From: a bacterium
GTDB taxonomy: Bacteria > Patescibacteriota > Minisyncoccia > Moranbacterales > UBA2206
NCBI GenBank assembly: GCA_043725085.1
Contig: JAYSLY010000046.1
Coordinates: 1-51,595 of the forward strand
DNA length: 51,595 nucleotides
Direction: 5' to 3'
The position numbers and the translations under genes are program-made. Under the pieces are notes generated by a model, which saw nothing but the letters and a program-made list of their open reading frames with translations, was not told where the DNA came from and did not search any database. Of the stretch, positions 17,424 to 26,349 are shown piece by piece (within the stretch, counting starts at the first letter, position 1; the number at the start of each line of letters is the position of its first letter).

Positions 17424-19661
17424 TCACTCCAAATGCACATCTTTGGCGAATTTTTCCAAGGCATTTGCTAAAAGCGGATGCTTTTTTAGTTTTGGGTCAA
17501 TTTTGAAAATATTTTGTGCCTCAGTTCGCGCGATTTTGATCAGTTTGAGGTTGTTGAGATTTTCCATGGCAATATCAGAAAGGCCGGATTGGGCTTTGCC
17601 CAGAAGTTGTCCCGGACCGCGTAATTTCAAGTCAATTTCGGAAAGAGCAAAACCATCATTACTTTTTTCCAATGCGCGCAGGCGTTCCAATGATGTTTGA
17701 GTCGTTGACTCAGTGAAGAGAAAGCAATATGATTGATGCTCACCGCGACCGACGCGGCCACGGAATTGGTGGAGTTGGGAGAGGCCAAAGCGATCAGAAT
17801 TTTCGATGAGCATAATTGTCGCGTTAGGAATGTCGATGCCCACTTCGACAACAGAGGTGGAAACTAGAATCTGACTTTTTTTGTCTTTGAAATCCCGCAT
17901 CACCGCTTCTTTTTCTTTGGATTTTAAGCGTCCATGCAAAAGCCCCAAGGAATATTCGGGAAAAATGGCGGAAAGTTTTTTGTGCTCTTCGGTGGCCGCT
18001 TTGATTTCGGTCAGGACTTTTGATTCTTCAACAAAAGGTAAAATGACAAAGACTTGACGGCCAGCATCAATTTCACGGCGCATAAATTCATAGACTTGGT
18101 TTCTTTGCGCAGGGAGGACAATTTTAGTCTTGATTGGTTTTCGATTTTTGGGCATTTCATCAAGAATAGACAAATCAAGACTGCCGAAAAATGCAATGGC
18201 GAGAGTTCTTGGAATTGGTGTCGCGGTCATTGTTAGCAGGTGTGGGATGGTTTGTTTTTTGCCATCCTCCAGCTCCATTGCTTCTTGTTGCAGAATTGAT
18301 CTTTGCGCGACGCCAAATCTGTGTTGCTCGTCAATAATAACCAGTGCAAGATTTTTGAATGCCACATCTTTTTGAATGATCGCATGCGTGCCGATGACAA
18401 GATTTATTTTTCCATCTTTAATTTGCCCAAGCATCTGATCACGAGTAACTTTTGTATTGTCATCCTGAGCGAATCCGCCAGCTGGCGGAGAAGTCGAAGG
18501 ATCTGCTGGTGATAACCGTGAGGCTAGTGATTTATTGGAAATCTTTGGGATAGCTGTTTGCAGATTCTTCGACTGCGTATTTTTTCGTTCCTCAAAAATA
18601 CTCCGCTCAGAATGACAACCATTAGTTAGTTTATACGAACCAGTCAAGAGAGCGATCCTAAAATCATAATTTTTAAAAAGTTTTGAAAATGATTGAAAGT
18701 GTTGCCATGCGAGCACTTCCGTTGGCGCCAGAATTGCCACTTGATAATTTTGAGAGAGGACGCTTAGCGCGGAAATGGCGGCGACAACGGTTTTTCCCGC
18801 ACCCACATCGCCATTGAGCAAACGATTCATGGGGCAAGACTTTTCCAAGTCTTTGAGGATCTCAAGAGACGCTTTGTGTTGCGCGCCGGTCAATTTGAAG
18901 GGCAATTTTTCGATAAATTTCTCAATTAATTTTTCATCAAACTTGAGATTTGGGGCGCTCTGCGCTTCCCAGATATTTTTCATTTGCAATGTTTTCAGTT
19001 GCATCAAAAACATTTCGCGAAAAGCAAAAGTTTTTTGCGCGATGAGTAGTTTTTCCTCATTTTGGGGAAAGTGAATTTGGCGGAGGGCGGAAAGCAGGGA
19101 ATAGAGGTGCAGTTTCTTTCGCAAATCTTGCGAAACATAATCTTCCAAGGGAGGATTTTTTTCCAAGAAAGTTTTCATTTGCCAGCGGATCCATTTCGAT
19201 GTGATGCCGGGTGTTTCGCCGTAGACGGGCACGAGTTGTCCGGTGTTGGTTTTTTCACGCGAGGCTCTTTCCCAGGCGGGATTTTGCAAGGTATAATATT
19301 TTCCCGCTCGTCCCAGTTTTCCCGAAAGGCGGACTCTAGTGTCGATCGGCATTGATTCAAGAATGAAAGGTTGATTGAACCAAACAGCTTTCAGGGGCGT
19401 TCGGTTTTCATCTTCGAGGATTATTTCCGCAATCGTCATTTTACGACGAAAAATGCGGTTTAATTTCACCTTGGTCACTATCGCAGAAACAGTTACGACA
19501 GAGTTAATATATTCATCGCGAAGAGCGACAGTTTTGGAAAAGTCGTCATAGCGGCGCGGGAGATAGAACAAAAAATCTTGGACAGTGAGTAGTCCCAGTT
19601 TCTCCAAAATTTTGACATATTTCGGAGTAATTTTGGGAATATTTTTGAGAAGAGTATTCAT
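17424..19661 (-). CDS. recG: ATP-dependent DNA helicase RecG with a ~54-aa in-frame palindromic insertion
   Basis: RLLNGDVGAGKT, PTEVLA.QH, IDEQHRFGV.QR, MTATPIPRTL, LHQFRGRVGR. ATG 19661; the ORF-track extension overlaps tRNA-Arg. Confidence 0.96.
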   Translation of the reverse strand: MNTLLKNIPKITPKYVKILEKLGLLTVQDFLFYLPRRYDDFSKTVALRDEYINSVVTVSAIVTKVKLNRIFRRKMTIAEIILEDENRTPLKAVWFNQPFILESMPIDTRVRLSGKLGRAGKYYTLQNPAWERASREKTNTGQLVPVYGETPGITSKWIRWQMKTFLEKNPPLEDYVSQDLRKKLHLYSLLSALRQIHFPQNEEKLLIAQKTFAFREMFLMQLKTLQMKNIWEAQSAPNLKFDEKLIEKFIEKLPFKLTGAQHKASLEILKDLEKSCPMNRLLNGDVGAGKTVVAAISALSVLSQNYQVAILAPTEVLAWQHFQSFSKLFKNYDFRIALLTGSYKLTNGCHSERSIFEERKNTQSKNLQTAIPKISNKSLASRLSPADPSTSPPAGGFAQDDNTKVTRDQMLGQIKDGKINLVIGTHAIIQKDVAFKNLALVIIDEQHRFGVAQRSILQQEAMELEDGKKQTIPHLLTMTATPIPRTLAIAFFGSLDLSILDEMPKNRKPIKTKIVLPAQRNQVYEFMRREIDAGRQVFVILPFVEESKVLTEIKAATEEHKKLSAIFPEYSLGLLHGRLKSKEKEAVMRDFKDKKSQILVSTSVVEVGIDIPNATIMLIENSDRFGLSQLHQFRGRVGRGEHQSYCFLFTESTTQTSLERLRALEKSNDGFALSEIDLKLRGPGQLLGKAQSGLSDIAMENLNNLKLIKIARTEAQNIFKIDPKLKKHPLLANALEKFAKDVHLE
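18457..18618. repeat. 162-bp composite inverted repeat (REPIN-like) inside recG
   Basis: TTGTCATCCTGAGCG..AGTCGAAGGATCTGC / GCAGATTCTTCGACT..CGCTCAGAATGACAA, each arm with a nested hairpin. Confidence 0.9.
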
Positions 19662-19664
19662 TTG

Positions 19665-19737
19665 TGCGCTTAGCAGGAATCGAACCTGCGACCTTCTGGA
19701 CCGCAACCAGACGCTCTATCCACTGAGCTATAAGCGC
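19665..19737 (-). tRNA. tRNA-Arg(GCG)
   Basis: GCGCTTA...TAAGCGC-A; anticodon arm TCTGG TT GCG GT CCAGA. Confidence 0.93.
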
Positions 19738-19745
19738 TTATTTTT

Positions 19746-19836
19746 TGGCGGAGAGGGTGGGATTCGAACCCACGTGCCCCTTTCGAGACTAGCGGTTTTC
19801 AAGACCGCCCCGTTATGACCGCTTCGGTACCTCTCC
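19746..19836 (-). tRNA. tRNA-Ser(TGA)
   Basis: GGAGAGG acceptor, long variable arm, anticodon loop CT TGA AA, encoded CCA. Confidence 0.96.
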
Positions 19837-19860
19837 AAAATATTAACAACAATTTCTAAT

Positions 19861-20322
19861 TCAATTTTTCTCCAGATAATGCTCTTCAGAGTGACAGTTT
19901 GGGCAGATGATTTCTAGATTATCTAAATTATTATTATTTCTGTCTCTATCCTTATGATGAATTTCTAGTATTTGGTATTTATCGAATCCGCATCTTTCAC
20001 ATTTACTTCCTCTGTCTTTCAATAACCTAGTTTTAAGAATTCTCTGCGTTTTAACTTTATCTCTGGTGTTGTTTAATTTGTATTTAATGCCCTCTCTATG
20101 TCTGTTTGCGCAACTTCTGCTACACGTTTTTTTGTTGAAAGTTGCTAGGATTAATTTTCCGCACACCAAGCAGGGAGTTTCTTTTCTGCAAAATTTGCCA
20201 TAGCATGCAACACTGCAAAAAACTTTGCCGTTATTTCTCTTAATTTCAGCAGGTCTTCTATATATTTTCTTTCTACATATCCGACAAGCTGTATTTGGTT
20301 TTCTTTTATATTGCTCAACCAT
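19861..20322 (-). CDS. HNH endonuclease with N-terminal zinc-ribbon repeats
   Basis: CxxC...FCSxxC twice, then CERC..LEIHHKD...N..DNLEIICPNCH.EEH. Confidence 0.9.
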   Translation of the reverse strand: MVEQYKRKPNTACRICRKKIYRRPAEIKRNNGKVFCSVACYGKFCRKETPCLVCGKLILATFNKKTCSRSCANRHREGIKYKLNNTRDKVKTQRILKTRLLKDRGSKCERCGFDKYQILEIHHKDRDRNNNNLDNLEIICPNCHSEEHYLEKN

Positions 20323-20682
20323 TTTATTAATGTACTAAAAAATTTCGATACCACTACGGCGTAGCGAAGGCGGAGAGGGAGCTGATTTCTCTCGCTCCGA
20401 CTCGAGCCTGGGTGCTGCGCGCTCTCGCACCCTTTAAATCCCTCACGCAAGCCAAATCGTTGGCTTGCTCCTCTCCTTGTTCACTTCATTCACGGCGGGG
20501 AGCATGGGACGAAGTTAGAACATACTGGCAAATCAATGCTCCCCAATTCATTATTTCCTAGTTTATCGGAAAGTGCCTAAAAAATCAAATAAGCGCAATA
20601 CATCATCCAAAACTATTGTGGTCCCCTTTGTCAACACAAATAAATTATTAAAATGAGAGAGAATTTTTTAAAAAATAATTAG

Positions 20683-21275
20683 CTATTGAAAATGCACTTC
20701 TTTGGGCGTTAAATATTCCAGAGATTGGTGTCGGTGGCTTTCATTGTAAAACTGAAAATATTCATTTAAACTGTTACGGGTTTCTGAAACGTTTCGGTAA
20801 TTGTTCAGATAAATGTTTTCTTGTTTCACGCTGCGCCACAATCTTTCCACAAAAATATTATCCAGGCACCGTCCACGACCGTCCATGCTGATTTGAATGT
20901 TTTGGGATTCCAGCGTACTTGTAAATTGCGGACTGGTAAACTGGCTGCCTTGGTCGGAATTGAATATTTTCGGCTTGTTTTTAGTTTGAGCCAATGCTTC
21001 ATTTAAACATCCCAGGCAAAAATCAATGTCGAGGCTGTTACTGAGTTTCCAGCTGATCACATAGCGGCTAAACCAATCAATGACAGCGACAAGATAAGCG
21101 AAACCCTCAGTTAAGTTCATAATCTGCTTGTCTTTTGAGCTGACGGTGGCTGATCTGTAGTAGGCGCTTTCCCGAGAAATGCCCAGCAACCGGCACTGCC
21201 CCCCCCAATGGTAAGCTTTTCATGCTCTTTTTCAATGAGCGCTACTTTCCGGCTATGGGGTAAATATTGATAATT
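20683..21275 (-). pseudogene. IS3 OrfB transposase remnant
   Basis: Keeps YLVAVIDWFSR, NSDQGSQFTS and DNIFVERLWRSVK.E but lacks the HTH and the first catalytic-Asp segment; frameshifted at an 8-G tract (21199-21206). Confidence 0.85.
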
Positions 21276-21555
21276 TTTTTTTGAGCCAGTCGAGCTCAAT
21301 GTCCCGCTGACCAATGACTTTATACAAATTGTCTAGTTGTTCCTGGTGTTCTGTTTTTTCTTGTTTTTCTTTTTTGCGGTTGTCTTTAAACAATTCGGAT
21401 AAATTTTCCATAGCTTGTTTTTTCCAGAGACCGATTTGGGTTGGATGCACTTGATAGTCGGAACTGATTTGCGCCATGGTTTTTTCTCCTTTGATGGCGA
21501 CTAGCACAATCCGGGCTTTCTCTTGGGGACTGAACGTCCTGGGTTTTTTGGTCAT
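21253..21555 (-). CDS. IS3 OrfA (HTH_Tnp_1-like)
   Basis: FSPQEKARIV...VHPTQI..WKKQ...LY..IGQ...ELDWLKKK; A9 slippery run at 21274-21282. Confidence 0.88.
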   Translation of the reverse strand: MTKKPRTFSPQEKARIVLVAIKGEKTMAQISSDYQVHPTQIGLWKKQAMENLSELFKDNRKKEKQEKTEHQEQLDNLYKVIGQRDIELDWLKKKLSIFTP

Positions 21556-21993
21556 AAATTTGGCTTAGTTTCCCTCTCTCATTTTAGCATATTTCGTGTG
21601 TAGATTTATGGGACCATTATACTTTTCCGAAAGAGCTGGACGGCGGAAGCGGGGCTTTGGTTTACCCTCGTACTAATTTTGGCATCAGATTTTACCTTTC
21701 GAAAATCAGAGCCGGCGGCGAATCGCTCGAAAAACTTTCTGCTTCTTCCGGCTTTCGCTGAAATTGGTGTCGGGGCGGGCGGAGCGGAAAAACGGTGGCG
21801 GGACTCTTTTTATTCCTCTTTTTTTGTATTTTAGCCGTCCTTGCCCCGCCCTCCCGTGCGCGGACGGCAAGTTGGAAATCCCTGGTTTTTGGATTTTGAA
21901 AACAACTGGTTTTGATGTATAATTTAAGCAGTTTCGGAAATCATTATTTTGATATTGATTTTAATCAGTATGTCCAGTATACTTCAAGTTATT

Positions 21994-22167
21994 ATGGCAA
22001 GAAGAAAATTGAAAGATAAAAATATACGGAAGATTTTGAAAAACGGCGACAGTTATGCGGTTACGATTCCGATTGAAATAATGTTGGAATTAAATTGGAA
22101 GGAGAAGCAAAAAGTTGTTGTGAAAAAAATCCGAGGCGGGTTTTCAGTGAAAGACTGGAAAAAATAA
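21994..22167 (+). CDS. AbrB/MazE/SpoVT-family DNA-binding protein
   Basis: NIRKI...GDSYAVTIP.EI...LNW.EKQKVVV swapped-hairpin signature. ATG 21994; ORF-track start is 21949. Confidence 0.8.
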   Translation: MARRKLKDKNIRKILKNGDSYAVTIPIEIMLELNWKEKQKVVVKKIRGGFSVKDWKK

Positions 22168-22185
22168 AAGTTAATCGAAAATAAT

Positions 22186-25100
22186 ATGATCAAAACAAAA
22201 ATCAATGTCAAATTTGAGAGAGAGAGAGAGAGAGTTAATGGCGCTCAAAAATTAGAAAACAGAAATCTTTTAGACTTTGGCCAAAAGATAATTTTAACTT
22301 GTCTTTTGGTTTTTATTTTTGGGCTTGGGGCGAAGGCGAGTGCGGCGACCTTAGCAAACCCAGAACAATGGCAATATCAAAAGAAGATTAACATTACTGG
22401 AACGGGATCCGCTGAAACTGATTACATTACCAATGTAAATTTACACTACGGATCATCTTCTGGCGATACCACAGCCAAAGATGTATTTCTTGACAGCCAT
22501 GCAAAGACTGATTTTTCTGATGTTAGAATTACTGATTCAACGGGCAATTTAATTCCCTTCTATTTGACCCCAGCCGTAAATGCAGAAATGATTTACAGCA
22601 ATACTAAAACCGGATATCATAATGTTCGACTTGCTGACGGTTCATTACTGGCTTACGGGGTATCGGGGCAAGCGGGTATAGTTCTTAGCACAGATAATGG
22701 GAATACTTGGACTCAGAAATTCGTTGTTTCTAGTATGGGAAGTTTGCTTTTTGTTGATTCGAGAGGTTATTGGTATTGGATGAGTGGGAATTTATTAAAG
22801 CGTTCAACAGACGGGGTGACATCTTCCACTGTTCTAGATATTGGGTCTAATAATAGTATCCAATGGATTGGAATGACCGAAGACAATTCTCATAATCTTT
22901 GGGTGGGACAATACACCTCTGATGGGGGAAATCGTCCTTCAATTCGGAAATCAACCGATGGAGGAGCGAACTTTAATGAAGTGCTTGGCTATACAACTTC
23001 GCCTGCATGGCAGACAAGTTATTCTTATGTTGTTGGAGATATTATCAGGCCGACAACCGCAAATAGTCACCTCTATTATGTTTCATCTGTCACAACTGGC
23101 ATTTCGAGCGGAAGCGAGCCTTCGTGGCCAACGACGACCAGCGCAACTGTGGTTGATGGAGGAGTAACCTGGAAAGAAAGCTCGTGGCAACATATTCATG
23201 GTATTGGTGCCGATCCTTATACTGGGAATATTTATTTTGGTTTTGATGGAGAGCCAGCTATTGTGAAATCCACCGATGGAACTACTTTTAAAGTACTGCG
23301 AGCCAATCTTGATGCTGATGTTACCCAAATGGCTTTCGCTCCTACTTATCGACTATTTGGCAGTGGAGCAAGCGCAGCTATGCAAGGGGAATCTTTACTA
23401 AAAGCAAACGCAGATGACTCAATCATAACGGCTATTTTCAATAGAGGCCAAGATATACAAGGAGTAAAAATCATAGGTTCTACTATTGTGATAAGTGGAG
23501 TTTCTTATGACAGAGCCGCTTACCCCGCTATATATGTCAGCACTGATGGTGGTACAACTTTTAATATGATGACTCACTATCCATTCGATTCATCCCTGAG
23601 CTTTAGTGGTTATGAATATTTTGACGGTCCGTATACTCCTGCGGGAGCAAGCGAAACAGCTATTTTTGCTGGTGGTAACGTTGGCACCGGATCAGGTTCT
23701 TATCCGAATGGGCGTATTTATGTGGGAAGTAATCACTACCAAGGTGAAGTCTATCTTAAAATTCCTTCTCTTCCAGCGGGAGGAAAAGATTTTTATGTTT
23801 GGTATGGCAATTCTTCAGCTACTTCGACCAGTGATGTAACAATGTTTCCAAATATGGTACAAAACACCCTTGTTGCTAGATGGAAAATGGATGAAGGTAG
23901 TGGAACGAGTGTAGTTGATTCGTGTGCCTCTTCCGGGGCTTCTTGCTTGGAGACCGGCACTCACAACGGAACGCTTACACATACATCCGGAAAAGGATCA
24001 TACAATGCTTTTAATGGGAGAAGGTCGGGAATGTATTATCCGGATATTAAACAATCTGGGGCTTCTTATAATTTCAATGCCGGTGATTATGTTGAGGTAG
24101 CAGATCATGCCAATCTCCAAATGGTTAAGAATTTTACGGTCACGGCTTGGATACGTGGAACAAATTTGGCAAGCAATCAATGCATAATTTGCAAGGGATC
24201 AAATTCAAGTGGAAATTTTTGGGGTCTTGCTACTGGAGGAACTGGTGGGAATTTGAAGTTTTATAACGGTAGCGGATCCACTTTTAAATATACAAGTTAT
24301 CCAGTTCCGCTCAATGCTTCAGATTGGAAAAATGTGACAGCGGTCATAGATAATGCAAGTCCGGCTAAAGTAACATTTTATGTAAATGGCGTAGTTGATG
24401 GAAGTTCGCAAACATTAAGTGCCGACGTTGGAAGTACGGTGGGATTGAATCTTAGAATAGGTGCTGATACGGCGAGCAATTTTAAATTTACTGGCGACAT
24501 TGATGACGTGCAAATTTATAATACCGCTCTTGCCGCCACTCAAATTCGCCAAATTTACGAAGACCGAATGTTTGCATCAGTCGAACCTTCAATCAGCTCT
24601 GCCACTTCAACTTATCCCATTTATGGAAACCCATATATTGAAGGTTTTGAATTACAGCCTTCATATACGATGGGGACAAATGAAGTAGACACCTCTGCTA
24701 ATGTTCGCGTGTATGGCGATGGAAAATTTCGAAACACTGAAACTGCCGGAGGAACGACTGCTGATCTTTACGTAATACCTCAAGGTAGTCAAACTACCAA
24801 ATGGCTGGATATTACCAAAGCAGATGATGAACTTTCTCTTATTTGGGAAGCAAATCATAAAAAATGGAAAGAATCCTCCATTATTTTGGGAGAAACAAAC
24901 ACGCTACACATTGTAGGTGATTTAGTAACCGGAAAAAAATATTCTCTTACCATTGACACCAGCTCTCCCAGTGGAAAAATCACCAGCACAGATTGTACCC
25001 AAGCGGGAGTTTGCACGGCTGACGGAACCGGGCATATTACTTTTACCTATACCGGCGGATATTCCGATCATACTTTTGATATCACTGATAATATCGCGCC

Positions 25101-26349
25101 CGCATTTTCCAATATTTCCCCGGCTTCCGGCGCAACAGTTTCCACTGATGACACTATCACTTTCACTGACAGCGAAACAACGAGTCCACAATGTTCTTTG
25201 GATAATTCCCATTGGAACAACTGCACCACGACTGTCACCAGTTTTCATGATCTCACTGGCTGGTCATCAATCAATGAAGGTGACACTTTCACTCTCTTTC
25301 TCAAAGACACAGACGCTGCTAATAATACTGGAACAGCACGAGTGGATAATCTTACCAAAGCCGATGAATCTGCGCCTGTTCGTAACGGCGGCTCGCCAAG
25401 CGGGAATTTATCTTCTGGCACCACCTCAACAACTCTAAGTCTCACTACCAGCGAAACCGCTACCTGTAAATATTCCGCATCTTCCGGAACAACATATGCC
25501 GATATGACCAGTAGCCTTGATACTACAAACGGCACAACACACACCAAAAGCATTTCCGGCCTAACTGATGGCAATTCATATAATTACTATGTCCGATGTG
25601 AAGACGCTTCGCATAATACCAATAACACAGATTATCTGATCAGTTTCTCTGTTGCGAAACCAAATACTAATGAAAATACTGATAATAATACTGATGACGA
25701 TAAAAACTTGAATATCCACAATGTTAAAGCCGAATCTACAGAAAATACGATAACCATCACCTGGAAAACCGATTATAACACCAAATCAACAATCAGATAT
25801 GGAAGAAACAAAAACCTTAGTGAAAAGAAAAAAGACAACAGCAAAGAGAAAAAACACGAGGTGATTTTGAAAAATCTTGAACCAAATACAAAATACTATT
25901 TCCGCATTAAGGCCACTGATAGCGACGGTAACGAAGATTCCGGCAGTATTCACTCTATTGTGACCAAATCTGCTTCTTCGCAAACAACGAATCAAATTTC
26001 CAACCAAAATCAAACAGAAAATCAAAATCAACCAAGCACAACAGAAAATATCCAAACTCCGTCATATTCCGGAAATTCCACACCAAACGCTTGTTCATAC
26101 ATCGTTCAATCCGGCGACACACTTTTGACGATTGCCAAAAAAGTTTATGGCGATGCTACCGCTTATCCTCAAATCATCGAGAAAAACAAAGACAAATATC
26201 CGGACATTGAATCAAAACTTTCTATTGGGCAGGAGTTGACTTTTTGCGACCCCGTAAAATCGCCTGACAGCGATCACGGGGCAAGCAACAATCAAAATCA
26301 GCCCCAAACCAAAACTTTTCGCTGGTGGAATCCCTTCTCTTGGTTTTAA
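22186..26349 (+). CDS. Large secreted surface protein (DUF2341-like, BNR/Asp-box propeller, LamG, Ig/FN3, LysM)
   Basis: Signal peptide; STDxGxT[WF] Asp-boxes; LamG (ARWKMDEGSG...FTGDIDDVQIYNTAL); FN3 (LEPNTKYYFRIKA); LysM (YIVQSGDTL..IA..VYGD). Confidence 0.88.
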   Translation: MIKTKINVKFERERERVNGAQKLENRNLLDFGQKIILTCLLVFIFGLGAKASAATLANPEQWQYQKKINITGTGSAETDYITNVNLHYGSSSGDTTAKDVFLDSHAKTDFSDVRITDSTGNLIPFYLTPAVNAEMIYSNTKTGYHNVRLADGSLLAYGVSGQAGIVLSTDNGNTWTQKFVVSSMGSLLFVDSRGYWYWMSGNLLKRSTDGVTSSTVLDIGSNNSIQWIGMTEDNSHNLWVGQYTSDGGNRPSIRKSTDGGANFNEVLGYTTSPAWQTSYSYVVGDIIRPTTANSHLYYVSSVTTGISSGSEPSWPTTTSATVVDGGVTWKESSWQHIHGIGADPYTGNIYFGFDGEPAIVKSTDGTTFKVLRANLDADVTQMAFAPTYRLFGSGASAAMQGESLLKANADDSIITAIFNRGQDIQGVKIIGSTIVISGVSYDRAAYPAIYVSTDGGTTFNMMTHYPFDSSLSFSGYEYFDGPYTPAGASETAIFAGGNVGTGSGSYPNGRIYVGSNHYQGEVYLKIPSLPAGGKDFYVWYGNSSATSTSDVTMFPNMVQNTLVARWKMDEGSGTSVVDSCASSGASCLETGTHNGTLTHTSGKGSYNAFNGRRSGMYYPDIKQSGASYNFNAGDYVEVADHANLQMVKNFTVTAWIRGTNLASNQCIICKGSNSSGNFWGLATGGTGGNLKFYNGSGSTFKYTSYPVPLNASDWKNVTAVIDNASPAKVTFYVNGVVDGSSQTLSADVGSTVGLNLRIGADTASNFKFTGDIDDVQIYNTALAATQIRQIYEDRMFASVEPSISSATSTYPIYGNPYIEGFELQPSYTMGTNEVDTSANVRVYGDGKFRNTETAGGTTADLYVIPQGSQTTKWLDITKADDELSLIWEANHKKWKESSIILGETNTLHIVGDLVTGKKYSLTIDTSSPSGKITSTDCTQAGVCTADGTGHITFTYTGGYSDHTFDITDNIAPAFSNISPASGATVSTDDTITFTDSETTSPQCSLDNSHWNNCTTTVTSFHDLTGWSSINEGDTFTLFLKDTDAANNTGTARVDNLTKADESAPVRNGGSPSGNLSSGTTSTTLSLTTSETATCKYSASSGTTYADMTSSLDTTNGTTHTKSISGLTDGNSYNYYVRCEDASHNTNNTDYLISFSVAKPNTNENTDNNTDDDKNLNIHNVKAESTENTITITWKTDYNTKSTIRYGRNKNLSEKKKDNSKEKKHEVILKNLEPNTKYYFRIKATDSDGNEDSGSIHSIVTKSASSQTTNQISNQNQTENQNQPSTTENIQTPSYSGNSTPNACSYIVQSGDTLLTIAKKVYGDATAYPQIIEKNKDKYPDIESKLSIGQELTFCDPVKSPDSDHGASNNQNQPQTKTFRWWNPFSWF
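22216..22234 (+). repeat. (GA)9G simple sequence repeat in the 5' coding region
   Basis: GAGAGAGAGAGAGAGAGAG encoding ERERER; currently in frame. Confidence 0.9.

Larger units (their letters stand above)
20614..21621 (-). mobile_element. IS3-family insertion sequence, internally deleted
   Basis: Imperfect 25-bp terminal inverted repeats (20614-20638, 21597-21621; 18/25 match) enclosing orfA and a broken orfB; no obvious target duplication. Confidence 0.85.

Noticed and set aside
19662-19818. recG extension to 19706 and ORF 19585-19818
   Set aside because: Both overlap tRNA-Arg and tRNA-Ser and are shadow translations.
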